DNA of 64,000 nt, taken from NCBI GenBank assembly GCA_018818885.1, contig JAHIRB010000040.1:32985-96984 (forward strand). The letters run 5' to 3'. Shown here in pieces: positions 1 through 9,623 of the stretch. Origin of the DNA: Patescibacteria group bacterium (lineage in GTDB: Bacteria > Patescibacteriota > Patescibacteriia > Buchananbacterales > SURF-54). The position numbers were made by a program, and so were the translations under genes. Below the pieces are notes generated by a model. That model was not told the DNA's origin, did no database searches, and worked only from the letters and a program-made list of their open reading frames with translations. Each line of letters begins with the position of its first letter. Position 1 is the first letter of the stretch.

Positions 1-2
1 TT

Positions 3-1097
3 ATGGATATGGATAAAAAATTAGGATTGATTATTGGTTCTGCATATAACGGTTCAATAAAAAAAATGATTTTTACAGTAATGAATTATTTATTACCAGA
101 AGAAGGCGTGTTGCCATTACATTGTGGAGCCAACGAAGACAAGGAGGGAAATACAGCACTTTTTTTAGGGCTTTCTGGGACAGGCAAAACATCTCTAGCA
201 ACAGACCCACAAAGAAAACTAATTGGCGATGATGAACATCTATGGTCTAACGACGGAATAGCAAATTTTGAAAGTGGTTGTTATGCAAAACTAATTAATT
301 TAAATCCTAAAAAAGAACCAGAAATATATAACGCTGTCTTTACTAACAGGCATCATTTGGAAGACGGTACAATCATTGAAAACGCCATGATATACCCTGA
401 TGGTTATATTGATTTAGATGATGAACGACTGTCTCAAAATTCACGCGTTTCATATCCAATTGAGTATTTGAGTAATGTTAACTTGCAAGGAAGTGGTGGT
501 CATCCTAAAACAATTATTTTTTTAACAGCTGATGCAAACGGAGTACTACCACCAGTTGCAAAATTGAATACAGAACAAGCAATGTTTTGGTTTTTAATGG
601 GATATACCTCAAAACTTGCAGGTACAGAAACTGGTGTGCTGGAACCAACAACAGTGTTCAGCAGATTTTTTGGCGAACCTTTTATGCCACGTAATCCAAA
701 TGATTATGCTGAACTATTAGGTGAAAAAATAAAAAAGTATAATACCAAAGTATTTTTAGTAAACACTGGCTGGACAGGTGGTCCGTATGGAGTAGGTGAA
801 AGAATAGATATTAGTATTAGTAGAAAAATAATTGATAACATCTTAAGCAATAAACTCGACAACGTAGAATATCAAAAAGATGAAAGATTTAAATTTTTTG
901 TTCCGAAGACTTGTGACGGGATTGATTCAAAAATATTAAATCCAGAAGAAAGTAATACTGATAAAAATGTTTTTAACAAAAGAGCAGATACATTGGCGCA
1001 AGAGTTTTACGGACATTTTACAAAAATGTATGTTGACAAAGTAGACAGAGACATTAAAGACCAGTGCCCCAAAAAGCTAAACGAAGTTTTTGTATAG
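3..1097 (+). CDS. pckA: Phosphoenolpyruvate carboxykinase (ATP), 5'-truncated by window
   Basis: LHCGAN, GLSGTGKT P-loop, LIGDDEH, IFLTADANGVLPP, LVNTGWTGG motifs. Confidence 0.95.
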   Translation: MDMDKKLGLIIGSAYNGSIKKMIFTVMNYLLPEEGVLPLHCGANEDKEGNTALFLGLSGTGKTSLATDPQRKLIGDDEHLWSNDGIANFESGCYAKLINLNPKKEPEIYNAVFTNRHHLEDGTIIENAMIYPDGYIDLDDERLSQNSRVSYPIEYLSNVNLQGSGGHPKTIIFLTADANGVLPPVAKLNTEQAMFWFLMGYTSKLAGTETGVLEPTTVFSRFFGEPFMPRNPNDYAELLGEKIKKYNTKVFLVNTGWTGGPYGVGERIDISISRKIIDNILSNKLDNVEYQKDERFKFFVPKTCDGIDSKILNPEESNTDKNVFNKRADTLAQEFYGHFTKMYVDKVDRDIKDQCPKKLNEVFV

Positions 1098-1110
1098 ATT
1101 TATAAAAAGT

Positions 1111-1136
1111 AAAGCAAGACCCGGCGGTCTTGCTTT
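1111..1136. terminator. Bidirectional intrinsic terminator
   Basis: AAAGCAAGACC-cggc-GGTCTTGCTTT hairpin between convergent pckA and small ORF. Confidence 0.8.
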
Positions 1137-1163
1137 GTCACGTGACGTTGTTATAGGTTTCTC

Positions 1164-1331
1164 TTAAAATGAGAAAGGATTCAGTTTTAAGGCTTTATAG
1201 ATTAGAAAACTCGCCACCATAAAGCAAAAGATCATAATCCAAAGATTTACTGCCACAATACCACTTATTGCTGATATTACACCAAGAATTGCAAAAGCAA
1301 AAGCCTTCTTCCTAGCTTCCTGTTTTTTCAT
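1164..1331 (-). CDS. Small orphan membrane protein, 55 aa (MKKQEARKKAFAFAILGVISAISG...NPFSF), not in ORF track
   Basis: AAAGGAGG 9 nt before ATG; TTGATA-17-TATTCT upstream; two hydrophobic stretches; terminator downstream. Confidence 0.7.
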   Translation of the reverse strand: MKKQEARKKAFAFAILGVISAISGIVAVNLWIMIFCFMVASFLIYKALKLNPFSF

Positions 1332-1396
1332 TTTGCCTATCCTCCTTTAGATATAGAATACTTCAAAAATAGCATAATATCAAGTATAATATAGGC

Positions 1397-2848
1397 ATGA
1401 AACAATCAGTTGCTAAAAACACTACCTGGTTTACTTCTTCGATGGTATTGCAAAAAATGCTATCGTTTATTTATTTTTGGTATATCTCAAACAACCTATT
1501 TCCTGATGCATTGGGTAAGTATGTTTTTGCGCTCTCTTTTACGACTTTATTTTCAATTTTTATTGATCTTGGTCTTTCACAGGTTTTAATTCGTGAATCT
1601 GCGAAACAAGTTTACAAAAGTAATGATTATTTAAAAAATGTTTTAGGTATCAAAATACCATTAGCAGTTATTACCATCATCGCTGCAGTTATTGGTATTA
1701 ATCTACTCGGCAGACCAGAGCTTGTTAAAATTCTTGTTTATCTAGCTTGTAGTATTATGGTGCTGGATTCTTTTACTTTGAGTTTTTATTCGATATTTAG
1801 ATCAGCACAGAATTTAAAGTTTGAAAGTATTGGTACAATTTTATTTCAAATTATCAATTTTGCGTTAGGTATTACAGCTTTGAAAATGACAGGAGATGTA
1901 CGATATCTTATGCTGGCTTTAGTAACTGCTAGTTTATTTAATTTTATTTTTTCTTTAAGTTTATTGAAATTGAAATTGAAATTTAGCTTAATGCCAGTGT
2001 GGCAAAAAGATGTCTTAAAACATTTTTTAAAAATTGTACCCGCGTTTGCTTTAGCTGGAATCTTTATTAAAATTTACAATACTTCAGATTCAGTTCTGTT
2101 AGGCATATTGGCTGATGATGAAGCAGTGGGATATTTTGCAGTGCCTGCTAAAGTAGTCTTTGCACTGCAGATGATAATACCGGGTTCTTTTGCCGCAGTT
2201 ATTTATCCAGCTTACAGTTATTTCTATATTAATTCAAAAGAAAAACTCAAACTTTTGTACGAAAAAGCATTTTTTTATTTAATGTTTTTAAGTATACCAA
2301 TGGCTTTAGGATTATTTATCTTAGCGCCAGAAATCATATATAAAATTTGGCCAGAATATTCTCCTGCCATACAGACTTTTAAAATCATGGCCTTAGCTAT
2401 GCCTTTTATCTTTTTAGCTTTTGCAACAGGAACTCTACTTAACGCATGTGATAGACAAAAAAATAACACCATCAACCGCGGAATCATTACCTTGATAAGT
2501 GTTGTGATAAATTTATTATTAATACCAGTTTATGCTCAGCTTGGTGCAGGAATTGCTTTTTTAATTACTAACGTAACTTTGTTGATATTAGATTTAATTT
2601 GGGTAGATAAAGTTCTAGTATATAGCAAAAAATATTTGTTGAATTCACTAATTAAAATACTAATCGCAGTAGCAGTAATGTCAGCTGTAATATATTATGT
2701 TGATATGAATTTGATGATCACTGTATCTGTAGGAGCAGTAGTATATATAGTGATTTCATATCTATTAAAAACTTTTACTTTAGATGATATTAAATTGTTT
2801 ACTAATACAATGAGAAGAAATGAAGAAAACACTACTAGTAACAATTGA
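1397..2848 (+). CDS. Wzx-type polysaccharide flippase (MOP family)
   Basis: Polytopic membrane protein, DLGL motif, glycosyltransferase cluster. Confidence 0.9.
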   Translation: MKQSVAKNTTWFTSSMVLQKMLSFIYFWYISNNLFPDALGKYVFALSFTTLFSIFIDLGLSQVLIRESAKQVYKSNDYLKNVLGIKIPLAVITIIAAVIGINLLGRPELVKILVYLACSIMVLDSFTLSFYSIFRSAQNLKFESIGTILFQIINFALGITALKMTGDVRYLMLALVTASLFNFIFSLSLLKLKLKFSLMPVWQKDVLKHFLKIVPAFALAGIFIKIYNTSDSVLLGILADDEAVGYFAVPAKVVFALQMIIPGSFAAVIYPAYSYFYINSKEKLKLLYEKAFFYLMFLSIPMALGLFILAPEIIYKIWPEYSPAIQTFKIMALAMPFIFLAFATGTLLNACDRQKNNTINRGIITLISVVINLLLIPVYAQLGAGIAFLITNVTLLILDLIWVDKVLVYSKKYLLNSLIKILIAVAVMSAVIYYVDMNLMITVSVGAVVYIVISYLLKTFTLDDIKLFTNTMRRNEENTTSNN

Positions 2849-3830
2849 TTTTCCACCTAACCTGGGTGGAGTAGCAAAGTATTATCAAGATATATGTAAT
2901 GATTTTGAATCAGATAAGATTGTTGTTTTGACTATGAACCAAGAAAAATCAGAAGAGTTTGACAGCCAGCAAAAGTATAAAATATATCGAAATGATTTAT
3001 TGTATAAATTTATTTGGCCAAAGTGGTTAAAAATGATATTCGCAATAAAAAAAATAGTTAAACAAGAAAATATTGGACACATTCATGTAGGACAAATTTT
3101 ACCAGTTGGAGAAGCAGTATTGTTTACCAGATTGCCCTTTACTGTATTTGCTCACGGCATGGATATCACAATTCCGCAAAATAACTTACGTAAAAAAATT
3201 GTATTAAAAAAGATAATTAAAAAGTCAGAAAAACTAATTGCTAATAGTAATTTTACCAAGCAAGAATTAGTCAAACTAGGTGCTGGTGAGAATAAAGTTG
3301 AAATCATACATCCCAAACCAAACAAAAAGTTACTAGACTTGGTTGATCAGAATGTAATAAATCAAATTAAAGAAAAGTATAACTTACAGAATAAAAAAGT
3401 ACTATTAAGCGTTGGTAGGTTAGTGAAAAGAAAGGGTTTTGACGATGTTATCATAGCTTTACCAGAAGTATTGAAAGAAATACCAAATTTAGTCTATATC
3501 ATTATAGGTGATGGACCAGAGAGGAAAAATCTTAATAAAGTAATTCAAGATTCAAAATTAAGTAATGTTGTGATAACTGGTAGCGTCAACGAAAAAGAAC
3601 TAGCTGCATACTATAGTTTATGTGATGCATTTATTATGACATCAAAACAATTAGATAATGGTGATGTCGAAGGGTTTGGAATAGTATATTTAGAAGCAGA
3701 TATGTTTAATAAGCCAGTGATTGGACGAGATAGCGGTGGTATAAAAGATGCAATTGATTTATGCCAAGACAAGATATTAATTAGGTCAGAGAGGGAGATT
3801 GCTTTAAGTATAATTAGATATTTAAAATAA
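2820..3830 (+). CDS. Glycosyltransferase family 4
   Basis: DFPPNLGGV, VGRLVKRKG, EGFGIVYLEA. Confidence 0.92.
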   Translation: MKKTLLVTIDFPPNLGGVAKYYQDICNDFESDKIVVLTMNQEKSEEFDSQQKYKIYRNDLLYKFIWPKWLKMIFAIKKIVKQENIGHIHVGQILPVGEAVLFTRLPFTVFAHGMDITIPQNNLRKKIVLKKIIKKSEKLIANSNFTKQELVKLGAGENKVEIIHPKPNKKLLDLVDQNVINQIKEKYNLQNKKVLLSVGRLVKRKGFDDVIIALPEVLKEIPNLVYIIIGDGPERKNLNKVIQDSKLSNVVITGSVNEKELAAYYSLCDAFIMTSKQLDNGDVEGFGIVYLEADMFNKPVIGRDSGGIKDAIDLCQDKILIRSEREIALSIIRYLK

Positions 3831-3858
3831 AAAGAAAGGGTACCCCGAAAGGTACCCT
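3831..3858 (-). terminator. Intrinsic terminator
   Basis: AGGGTACC-ccgaaa-GGTACCCT with U-tract on minus strand. Confidence 0.75.
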
Positions 3859-3886
3859 GTAATCAGGCAAAAAATATTGCATATTT

Positions 3887-4024
3887 CTACTTTTTTTCTA
3901 ATAAGCACTTGCCGGTTATTTTATCGTATCGGAACAATGTTATGTTGTGATTTAGTATTGCTACGTTTGTCATGCGAGCAGTTGCATTAAACGGCACACC
4001 ATAAGTTTTGTAGTAGTAATACAT
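3887..4024 (-). CDS. Small orphan protein, 45 aa (MYYYYKTYGVPFNATARM...CLLEKK), not in ORF track
   Basis: GGAGGG 4 nt before ATG; open frame fills the gap between two GT genes; terminator downstream. Confidence 0.55.
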   Translation of the reverse strand: MYYYYKTYGVPFNATARMTNVAILNHNITLFRYDKITGKCLLEKK

Positions 4025-4079
4025 GTTTCCCTCCATTCGGTTGCCTGATTAAAAAGTATTTTATAATAATATAAGTAAT

Positions 4080-4790
4080 ATGTCAACAATAGGTATAATA
4101 ATACCAACATATAATAACGAGAAAGAAATTTATCAATGCTTAGATAGCATATTTAAGCAAAGTTTTAATGATTTTGAAATTGTAATAGTTAATGATGGAT
4201 CAACTGACAATACTTTAAATGAAATTAACAAGTATATAGATCAATTAGATCAAGTTGATAAAAAAAAGATAAAAGTTATATCACAAGAAAACAAAGGTTC
4301 TAATCCCGCACGAAATAGGGGAGCAAAAGAAATAAAAAATGTAAAATATGTATTATTTTGCGACGCCGATGTCACTTTAAATAAAAACTTTCTACAATTG
4401 ACTAATGAGGTCTTAGAAAATCATCCAGAAAAATCATATTGTTATACCTCATTTGTCTATGGCTATAAAAAATTCAAATTGTACCCATTTAATGCTGAAA
4501 AACTTAAAAAGATGCCTTACATCAATACTCAATCATTAATTCGATTTGATCACTTTCCAGGATTTGATGAAAATATTAAGCGCCTACAAGACTGGGATTT
4601 GTTTTTAACAATGTTGGAACAGAGTCATGAAGGAATTTGGCTTGACAAAGTTATGTTTAAAATTAGTACTAAATCAGGAAAAATCAGTGGAAAATGGCTA
4701 CCATCTTTCATGTACAAATTACCCTTTTTAAAAACCGTAAAAGAATATAATAAAGCAGTAGAAATTATTAAACAAAAACATCACCTATAA
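4080..4790 (+). CDS. Glycosyltransferase family 2
   Basis: IIIPTYN, VNDGSTD, DAD motif, QDWD. Confidence 0.92.
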   Translation: MSTIGIIIPTYNNEKEIYQCLDSIFKQSFNDFEIVIVNDGSTDNTLNEINKYIDQLDQVDKKKIKVISQENKGSNPARNRGAKEIKNVKYVLFCDADVTLNKNFLQLTNEVLENHPEKSYCYTSFVYGYKKFKLYPFNAEKLKKMPYINTQSLIRFDHFPGFDENIKRLQDWDLFLTMLEQSHEGIWLDKVMFKISTKSGKISGKWLPSFMYKLPFLKTVKEYNKAVEIIKQKHHL

Positions 4791-4791
4791 T

Positions 4792-5652
4792 ATGAAGCTT
4801 TCAATCATAATTGTTACATGGAATGTAAAAGACTACTTAAAAAAATGTCTTGAATCTATTTATAAAAATCAAGGTGATTTAGATGTTGAAGTAATAGTTG
4901 TTGATAATGCATCAACTGACAACACATCTGACATGGCAAGGAGAGAGTTTCCCAAAGTAAAACTCATAACAAACCAAAATAACAATGGCTTTGCTAAAGC
5001 GAACAATCAAGGAATAAAAATTGCTAAAGGCGAGTACGTATTGTTTCTAAACCCAGACACTGAAATATTATCAAACACTTTTAAAGATTCTATTGATTTT
5101 TTTGAAAAACACAAAGACACTGGCGCTGTCGGCTGTCAAATTCTTAATACGGATAGCACAATCCAGCGATCAGTTCGAAGATTTCCAACTTTTTGGTCAC
5201 AAATGCTAATACTATACAAGCTCCATCATTTGCTACCAAGCTTGAGAACATTTAGGAATTATTTCGCTCAGGACTTTGACTATTCAAAAGAATCAGAAGT
5301 TGATCAAATTATGGGTGCCTTTATTCTGACCAAGCGTGACATCATTAATAAAATAGGGGATTTTGACGAAATTTTTTATTTATGGTTTGAGGAAGTAGAT
5401 TTTTGTAAACGTTTGATAAAGAATGAATATAAGGTTTATTACACGCCCAAAGCCAAAATAATACATCATGGTTCGCTAAGTTTTAATCAAAAGTTAACAG
5501 TAGAAAAACAAAAAATATTTAACAAATCAATGAGATATTATTTTAAAAAGCATCATAATAAATTTTCTTGGTTTATGATTGCTTCTACACATTTTGATAG
5601 TTTGTTTTTAGCTTTTTTTGCAGGATTATTTAAGAAGAAAAATGGAAATTAA
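4792..5652 (+). CDS. Glycosyltransferase family 2 (WbbL/rhamnosyltransferase-like)
   Basis: IIIVTWN, VDNASTD, GFAKANN, LNPD, EEVDFC. Confidence 0.92.
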   Translation: MKLSIIIVTWNVKDYLKKCLESIYKNQGDLDVEVIVVDNASTDNTSDMARREFPKVKLITNQNNNGFAKANNQGIKIAKGEYVLFLNPDTEILSNTFKDSIDFFEKHKDTGAVGCQILNTDSTIQRSVRRFPTFWSQMLILYKLHHLLPSLRTFRNYFAQDFDYSKESEVDQIMGAFILTKRDIINKIGDFDEIFYLWFEEVDFCKRLIKNEYKVYYTPKAKIIHHGSLSFNQKLTVEKQKIFNKSMRYYFKKHHNKFSWFMIASTHFDSLFLAFFAGLFKKKNGN

Positions 5653-7153
5653 TAAGATTTTTAAATTCACATTTATCTTGTTTGTAATACTAGAAGCATT
5701 GTCGCTTTTAGTATTTTTTAATCCTTTATTTAATGCTTTGATATTTTTAGCTATTGTTTTAGTCACCCTAGTTTTATCTATAAAGAATCTTCAATACGGT
5801 TTACTGATAATTTTGACTGAGCTTTTCATCGGAGGTAAAGGATATCTTTTTGCTATAAATTTTGGCCAAACATCAATTTCCATCCGCATGGGTTTGTTTC
5901 TGGCAATATTAGGAGTGTGGTTATATAAAGAATATATAGACAGACATAATCTAATATCAAAATATTCATCACTAATAAAGAAAAATGGCTTACTGCTTAC
6001 TGCTTACTGCTTACTGCTTATCTCCATAGCCTATGGAATAATCAATGGATTACTAAAAAATAATTTCAACCTCGCTTACTTCGACTTCAACTCTTGGTTC
6101 TTCTTTGCCTTATTTCTGATTTTTATACAGTCGATCAATCTTGACTTACTTAAAAAGGTCACCTCCATTCTTTTAGCTTCTGTTACTTGGGTTAGCTTAA
6201 AAACTATTATTGTTTTGTATTTGTTCTCACATCGTTTTGTAATAATTGGTGATGGATTTTACAAGTGGTTACGCGACACTGGAGTAGGGGAAATAACACA
6301 TATTCAAGATGATATATTCAGAGTATTTTTTCAATCACATATCTTTGTCCTAATTGGTTTTTTTGTTTTGTTAACGTTATTTGTTTATTCTATTAAAGAC
6401 AAACAGATTTTTGCAAAAAGCAAATGGTCAAATCAATTATTCATTTTGACACTTTTTACAATACTAGTTAGCACTACATTATTGATCAGTCAGTCTAGGA
6501 GTTTCTGGGTAGCAGGTTTAGTAACATTTTTTGGTGCATTGATATTTTACTTATTCAAACTCAAGCTTAAAAGAAATATCATTATTGGCTTACTAGTATT
6601 TATATTGATTTTAGGTATTTTTGATTCTGTAGCTATTTGGTTAATAACACAAAGCTCATCAATAGAACTTCTCATGGCTAGATCCACAGAAGTGACTACC
6701 GAAGCTGCTAGTAGCTCACGTATTAATCAACTACAGCCAATTTTTGCAGAAATAAAAAAAGCCCCGCTATTGGGACATGGCTTTGGTAAAACTGTTACTT
6801 ATAAATCTGCAGATCCGCGCATAGTTTCGCAAAATCCTGACGGCATGTATACCACTTATGCCTTTGAGTGGGGGTATTTAGATACTTGGCTAGAAATTGG
6901 TCTGATTGGACTGCTGATTTACTTAATCTTGATTGGTTTACTTATTCTTTATGGACTTAAACTCTACAAAACATCTGGACATAAGACATTAATACTTGGA
7001 CTTTTGCTTGGATTAACATCTTTAGTCATTGCCAACGTATTTACCCCATACCTTAACCATCCACTCGGAATAGGTTATGTGTTGCTGCTGACAGCGCTGT
7101 TCCAAAAAGAAAAGCGACCCGACGACATAATAATGTCACCGGGTCAAAACTAG
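5642..7153 (+). CDS. O-antigen ligase/polymerase family (Wzy_C/WaaL-like)
   Basis: Polytopic; SQSRSFW, PLLGHGFG, WLEIGLIGL; probable start MEINK. Confidence 0.85.
   Translation: MEINKIFKFTFILFVILEALSLLVFFNPLFNALIFLAIVLVTLVLSIKNLQYGLLIILTELFIGGKGYLFAINFGQTSISIRMGLFLAILGVWLYKEYIDRHNLISKYSSLIKKNGLLLTAYCLLLISIAYGIINGLLKNNFNLAYFDFNSWFFFALFLIFIQSINLDLLKKVTSILLASVTWVSLKTIIVLYLFSHRFVIIGDGFYKWLRDTGVGEITHIQDDIFRVFFQSHIFVLIGFFVLLTLFVYSIKDKQIFAKSKWSNQLFILTLFTILVSTTLLISQSRSFWVAGLVTFFGALIFYLFKLKLKRNIIIGLLVFILILGIFDSVAIWLITQSSSIELLMARSTEVTTEAASSSRINQLQPIFAEIKKAPLLGHGFGKTVTYKSADPRIVSQNPDGMYTTYAFEWGYLDTWLEIGLIGLLIYLILIGLLILYGLKLYKTSGHKTLILGLLLGLTSLVIANVFTPYLNHPLGIGYVLLLTALFQKEKRPDDIIMSPGQN
5988..6020 (+). 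repeat. Tandem heptamer (GCTTACT) x4.7 within CDS
   Basis: Perfect 7-mer tandem read directly. Confidence 0.95.
7116..7145 (-). terminator. Intrinsic terminator overlapping 3' end of O-antigen ligase CDS
   Basis: GACCCG-ac-GACAT-aata-ATGTC-ac-CGGGTC followed by TTTTCTTTTT on minus. Confidence 0.65.
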
Positions 7154-7175
7154 GAGTTACAGCATGTATTCAATA

Positions 7176-7334
7176 TTACATAATTTGACCGCAATAGAAA
7201 CAAGCGCACGTCTCGGGATCATACATGTGAGTTTTCCTCCAAAGAAAAACTGAATTTTTCTCACAATAATTTTTAGCTGCAAACAACAGTAAGTGTCCTA
7301 ATGCCCAAAAGAAAATCGCACCTAGACCAATCAT
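7176..7334 (-). CDS. Small orphan protein, 52 aa, N-terminal TM and Cys/His cluster (MIGLGAIFFWALG...HMYDPETCACFYCGQIM)
   Basis: AAAGGAGG overlapping fmt stop, 8 nt before ATG; terminator downstream. Confidence 0.68.
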   Translation of the reverse strand: MIGLGAIFFWALGHLLLFAAKNYCEKNSVFLWRKTHMYDPETCACFYCGQIM

Positions 7335-7348
7335 TTAAATCGCCTCCT

Positions 7349-8293
7349 TTATCCAAGTTGTGAACCCACGAAATCTGAATAGCCATTTACAAAATCATTA
7401 GCTGACATTACTTTTTTCCCTTCCATTTGAAGGGATTTTATGTGAATTGCATGCTCTTTGCATTTTATCAAAACTTCGTTATTTTGTCCTAAAAATACCT
7501 CTCCATTCTTTAATTTTGCCCCTATTTCACCCTCAAAAACGCTCAAATCAATGATTTTAAGACGTTTTTTGTCATAATGAGTAAATATACCAGGCCAAGA
7601 TTGAAAGGCTCTAAATTGACGTTCTATCTCAACAGCTTTTTTGCTCCAATCAATCTTGCCAGCATCGCGTCCAAGCTCCTTTGTCATGGTCATTTTCGAT
7701 TCATCTTGTTCTATGATTTGAGCAGTGCCATCAATGTAATGAGGTAATATTTCGATTAATATTTCTGCTCCAACTTCTGCTAATTTATCATGCAAAGTTA
7801 TGTTAGTATCTTCATTTGATATTAAATATTCTTTTTGTGCTACAATAGGTCCTGCGTCCAGTTTTTGGACAAGTCTGATAATTGTTACACCTGTAATTTT
7901 ATCACCATTAAGTATTGCATGTTGAATGGGAGAAGCACCACGATATTTTGGTAAAAGTGACGGGTGTACATTCAAAATTCCTAGTGGAAGCATATCAATA
8001 ATGTTATTTGGAATAAGTTCTGCGTAAGCTGCCAAAATTCCTAAATCAGCATTTATATTATTTAGTTGATCTAAAAAATCAGCCTCACTTACTTTTTGTG
8101 GTTGAAGAATTTTTAGATTATGCTTTTTTGCAATAACTTTAACTGGTGTTTCAGTCAATTCTTGTTTTCTGCCTGACGGCCGGTCTGGTTGAGTGACTAC
8201 TGCTTTAATCTTAAAATGACTTAATAGTTTTTCTAAAATTAATGCTGACATTTCGGATGTACCAAAATATATAATTATTTTAGCAGTAGTCAT
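7349..8293 (-). CDS. fmt: Methionyl-tRNA formyltransferase
   Basis: VVTQPDRPSGR, NVHPSLLPKYRGASPI, LDAGP. Confidence 0.97.
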   Translation of the reverse strand: MTTAKIIIYFGTSEMSALILEKLLSHFKIKAVVTQPDRPSGRKQELTETPVKVIAKKHNLKILQPQKVSEADFLDQLNNINADLGILAAYAELIPNNIIDMLPLGILNVHPSLLPKYRGASPIQHAILNGDKITGVTIIRLVQKLDAGPIVAQKEYLISNEDTNITLHDKLAEVGAEILIEILPHYIDGTAQIIEQDESKMTMTKELGRDAGKIDWSKKAVEIERQFRAFQSWPGIFTHYDKKRLKIIDLSVFEGEIGAKLKNGEVFLGQNNEVLIKCKEHAIHIKSLQMEGKKVMSANDFVNGYSDFVGSQLG

Positions 8294-8780
8294 TTTTTTT
8301 CATCTCCTCAAGTTTATCTTTTCCTTTGGTAATTTCTTTAGCTTTATCAATGAATAATACTCCTCGTAAATGATCAATTTCGTGTTGGATAACACGTGCG
8401 AACAAATCTTCTGCAATAAATTTTATTTTTTTGCCTTGTTTGTCAAATGCGGTTACTCGAATTATTTTATGCCGGTTGACCATTCCATAAATATCTGGCA
8501 GACTAAGGCATCCTTCTTCTGCTGATTCTTTTTTCCATGATTTTCTCATTATCTTTGGGTTGATTAAAACTATTGATCCGTCCGAAGTATTGATTACCAC
8601 CATATTAATATTTTTTCCAATCTGTGGTGCTGCCAATCCAAGTCCATCCTTTTCTTGCATGGTTTTATCCATATCCAAAATCAGCTGTTGAAATTCTTTA
8701 GATTTAAAATCAACAACTTTTTTAGATTTCTTGCGAAGATCTTTGCAGGGAAAATATGTGATGGGTAATAGCTTTGCCAT
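8280..8780 (-). CDS. def: Peptide deformylase
   Basis: GLGLAAPQIG, EGCLS, QHEIDHL; probable start MAKLLP. Confidence 0.97.
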   Translation of the reverse strand: MAKLLPITYFPCKDLRKKSKKVVDFKSKEFQQLILDMDKTMQEKDGLGLAAPQIGKNINMVVINTSDGSIVLINPKIMRKSWKKESAEEGCLSLPDIYGMVNRHKIIRVTAFDKQGKKIKFIAEDLFARVIQHEIDHLRGVLFIDKAKEITKGKDKLEEMKKNDYC

Positions 8781-8790
8781 AATTAATAGA

Positions 8791-8940
8791 TTATAGCAGT
8801 GAATCAGGATTAATGTCAACGATCCAGTCGTCAGGAACTTGCGACATTATTTTTCCTTTTTCTTTTTGAGATATTGAATTAGATAATTTTATAACTACAT
8901 ACCAACGATACCTGCCGCGAACTCTTGGCACATATTCTGC
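8791..8940 (-). pseudogene. priA: Start-less C-terminal remnant of primosomal helicase PriA
   Basis: AEYVPRVRGRYRWYVVIK...DDWIVDINPDSLL* matches the PriA C-terminus (RxxxRYRW...WxxDxDP); directly upstream of def-fmt as in priA-def-fmt. Confidence 0.75.
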
Positions 8941-8951
8941 TCAAGAAATCC

Positions 8952-9209
8952 TCAATTGACGGTTTCTTTGTTATTTACAAGTTTAAAAAAATATTTCCAG
9001 CATTCGCCGGTCTTGCAGAGTTCCTTGGTGTCATTGAGCCATTTTTCCACTTCGTTTTTTGAGTTTTTTTTGCAAACCAAAAAGACTGAATTTCTTTTTT
9101 GAGGAGGGATGTTTAACTCGTCAATTATCCTTAAAGCTAAATCCTGCCATGGGTAAGCTGGTGCTTTAATGGTTTGTTTCTTATTTAAAATGTCTTTGAT
9201 GTTATCCAT
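8952..9209 (-). CDS. Hypothetical protein, 85 aa
   Basis: ORF with TG-n-TATAAT shortly upstream of ATG; host-like composition. Confidence 0.8.
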   Translation of the reverse strand: MDNIKDILNKKQTIKAPAYPWQDLALRIIDELNIPPQKRNSVFLVCKKNSKNEVEKWLNDTKELCKTGECWKYFFKLVNNKETVN

Positions 9210-9318
9210 AGCATTTGTATTATATCAAAAATACCCAAAGATTTAGGCAAACGAACATACTGAATTATTTCTACATATTTTGGCATACAAAGTTATTTTA
9301 ACATTTATACAAAAAGAG

Positions 9319-9353
9319 AAGAAGACCGTGCATAAAAAGCTTCCGGTCTTCTT
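9319..9353 (-). terminator. Intrinsic terminator after four-microgene cluster
   Basis: AAGAAGACCG...CGGTCTTCTT stem then CTCTTTTT on minus. Confidence 0.7.
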
Positions 9354-9378
9354 AATTTATCGAGTGTCTATACACTCA

Positions 9379-9573
9379 CTAAGCAGTTCTGAATATTACA
9401 GGATCTTCTTGCGCATTTTCATTAATTGCTTGCCTGTGTTCTTTTTCTATTTGTCGACATTGTTCGACCCACTGATCTGCAGACTCCCTGAGAGCTTTGA
9501 TGATTTTTGGGCTGAAATGTGTATGCGGTGGCATACCAACATAGTCATGACTTTCTGTGCATATTTCACACAT
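9379..9573 (-). CDS. Small orphan protein, 64 aa (MCEICTESH...), CxxC/His
   Basis: AAAGGA upstream; last of four stacked ORFs. Confidence 0.6.
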   Translation of the reverse strand: MCEICTESHDYVGMPPHTHFSPKIIKALRESADQWVEQCRQIEKEHRQAINENAQEDPVIFRTA

Positions 9574-9623
9574 ATCACTCAAATTCCTTTCTCGTGGTTA
9601 ACAAATTTGTTGCTTTTGGTACA

